A stretch of DNA of 64,000 bases from Camelus dromedarius. Taxonomy: Eukaryota. How positions within the stretch are numbered: the stretch's first letter is position 1; the number at the start of each line of letters is the position of its first letter. The stretch covers positions 35,032,001 to 35,096,000 of the forward strand of contig NC_087437.1 of NCBI RefSeq assembly GCF_036321535.1, given 5' to 3'. This document shows, piece by piece, positions 61,701-64,000 of this stretch. A program made the position numbers and the translations under genes. Under the pieces are notes generated by a model, which saw only the letters and a list, made by a program, of their open reading frames with translations, did not search any database and was not told the DNA's origin.

Positions 61701-63789
61701 AAATAATATTCCACTGGTAGATTGCAGAAATAGCTCCAATTTTTCATTCTTCCTTGTGTCCATTCCCTTTATCCTATAACTCACAATAGGACCAAATGAT
61801 AAACATTTAAGGCTTTGCAGGTCATTTGGTCTCTGTCACAACTACTCTGCTGTTGTAGCGTGAAAGAGCCATGGACAGTATGTACAGGAAAGGAAGAGAC
61901 TATATTCTAATAAAACTTTATTTAAAAAACAGGCAGTGGGTCAGGTTTTGCCTGTAGCCTACAGTTTACTGACCCCTGACATAACTTTATAGTGCCCTTC
62001 TACTCTTGTCTGTGTTTTGGTAATTAGAATGAAGTACAGATTCTGAGCTTAGGTCTTAGGAGGAGTTAGGCCTTTGTCATAACTATGAAAACATGCCTGG
62101 TTGAGTGTTGGAGGAAGAGATACAAATAGTACAGACCAGGTTGCCCCAGTTGCCTTGTATGAAGCCAGTCAGCCCTCAGACGTTGAGCAAGCCCAGCTAA
62201 GATCATCAGAGGTGCCAAGCCAACTCCCAGCTAACCCTGGACACGTGAACAGTAAACTTAAATGCCACTGAGGGTTTGTGGTTGTTGCACAGCATTGTGG
62301 CATTAGACAGTTGGTAGACTGATAAACCAACATTTAATTACCCTGTCTCTAAAGTTGATCATTGCCAGGTTTTTTCCTTTTTCCTTTTCCTGTAAGAATC
62401 TGTCCATTTTGCTCATTATTTTCTTTGGAATAAAATTACTGTCAAAGAGCATGTAAGGATCTCAGGACACTTTAGAAAAATCCTTTCCAGAAAGACACTT
62501 ATCATGTGGTAGTTTCTGAGAGTGTCTCTTTTACAGTCTTAATGTTGTAGATGATTGACGTGTTTTCTTTTTTTCACTTAATGCTTTCTAGACTTAAGTA
62601 GGTGAGGCCTGGTCCATAGTGATCGTTTTTTTGAACTTCTGTTGCAGTTAGTCTGTCCTACTTGGTTAGTTTTTATATGCCTCTGGAGTTACTACTATTT
62701 TTAAATGTGTTTGTCTTTCTAACTAGACTATATTTCTTTAAGGCAATACAAATACAATGTATAGGTTCTCAAATACATAATTAGTAGTATGATCTGGTTG
62801 AAGTCAGTATTTTGAAAAATGGGTAGAAATTTTTGTTGGGTATAGTTTTACTTTAAATAATTTCCTTACGAGTCTGTCCATAAACTAGAAATCAAGCCAA
62901 TCTCAATAGCATTAGAGAGGCAGTAATTGGGATTTGTAGGGAGAGTTGTTCATGTAGACTTCATTTTGCTTATAGGAACAAAACCTGTATTTAATTCTAA
63001 ACTTGGTAAATTTTATGTGAGTAGTGCTAGTTAGCCACAGAAGTCTGAAGTAGTGTTAAGACAAACTGTTTAACACACAGTAAATTGTTTTCTTCCTCCA
63101 GGGAACTTTATTGTATATAATAGCACAAAATACTATTTGAAAATAGTCATTTGGACAGAGAAGTGCAAATGATTTGCACAGAGAAACCCGTAACCTATAA
63201 TCAGAAGGATAAACTGTTGGGCAGTATTCAAGAAATATAAAATACCTCTGGTAGTTTTTCTGTGTTTATACATTTGGATCAGAATAATGTTGAACCACTG
63301 ACTACTAGACAGGGGCTGAGATAAATTAGCATTCATCTGGATTCTAGAGTCAGCATAAAGGAAGGTGTAGAAGTCTCTGTGGAGTGTTACAAGATAGATT
63401 CCTGGGAGTGGTGACGCTCTGAATAGTCTGGCATGTGGAATTCTGTGTTTCAAAGAGAATCTTAAAAATATCTGTGTTCTGAATGTAGAGTTCCATTTTA
63501 GCATTTTACCTTTTGTGTCTGTGTGAGAATACACAGACTCTGATGGTAGGTAAATTTGTAATATTGCAAAAAGTCTGTTTGGGGTTGTTCTCCCAATCCC
63601 TTACTCTTTGTTTTCCCTTTCTCTCTTTTCATAGGAAATGGTCTGATATTTATAAGTAAGGGATAAATAAATAGTTACGGAATAAAATGTTATTCTTGAG
63701 AGTATTTTCATTTTTGTTAGAGATCAAAGGCTTAAGCAAAGGCTCATTCAGATGGAGGAAATATTTTGGGAGATAGCAAGTCTTCTGAG

Positions 63790-64000
63790 TGTGGTAGATT
63801 GAATTGTTGGTAACAATTCTTAATTCCTTTGTAAGTAATATATAACTTTCTATTTCCCCATCCTCGTGGTGGTGGAGTGTGTTTCTTTGCCCCTTTGGAT
63901 TTGGCTGTGTGACTTGCTTTGGCAGTGGGATGTTAGTGGATATGGTAAGAAGGTAAGATTAAAATACCTTTGCTTGTTTGCACTTGTGTTCTTGTCCTTC
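63790..64000 (+). mobile_element. MLT1-type LTR 5' part, runs off the window
   Basis: TGTGG start and gtgacttgctttggcagtgggatgttagtgga. Confidence 0.6.

Overview
This is mammalian genomic DNA, most likely from a camelid: it carries several tRNA-derived SINEs that match the camelid Vic-1 family as I recall it. The main feature is a complete NMD3 gene (60S ribosomal subunit nuclear export adaptor) on the + strand. It has a CpG-island promoter at about 27.6-28.4 kb, a probable non-coding first exon, and 15 coding exons (28600-56949) that splice in frame via GT-AG introns to 1512 nt (503 aa plus stop). The 3' UTR is about 1.2 kb. Upstream is a processed RPSA pseudogene (23663-25651) whose 5' UTR is split by an L1 insertion with a target-site duplication (TSD) and whose middle is unusually AT->GC shifted. 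The rest is dense repeat sequence (L1, L2, MIR, Vic-1, MER21/MLT1/ERV1 LTRs, Tigger and hAT MITEs); family names come from recognition, not from a database search. No bacterial-type systems (CRISPR, operons) are present. The best candidates for something undescribed are: (1) a possible, heavily decayed adhesion-GPCR (ADGRG-like HormR/GAIN) relic at about 13.5-16.1 kb, at low confidence; (2) a GC-biased gene conversion footprint plus a newly created splice donor in the RPSA pseudogene just upstream of NMD3; (3) a TSD-flanked mini-L1 made only of L1 5' and 3' ends; and (4) a perfect 24-bp palindrome over the NMD3 exon 14 branch-point region.
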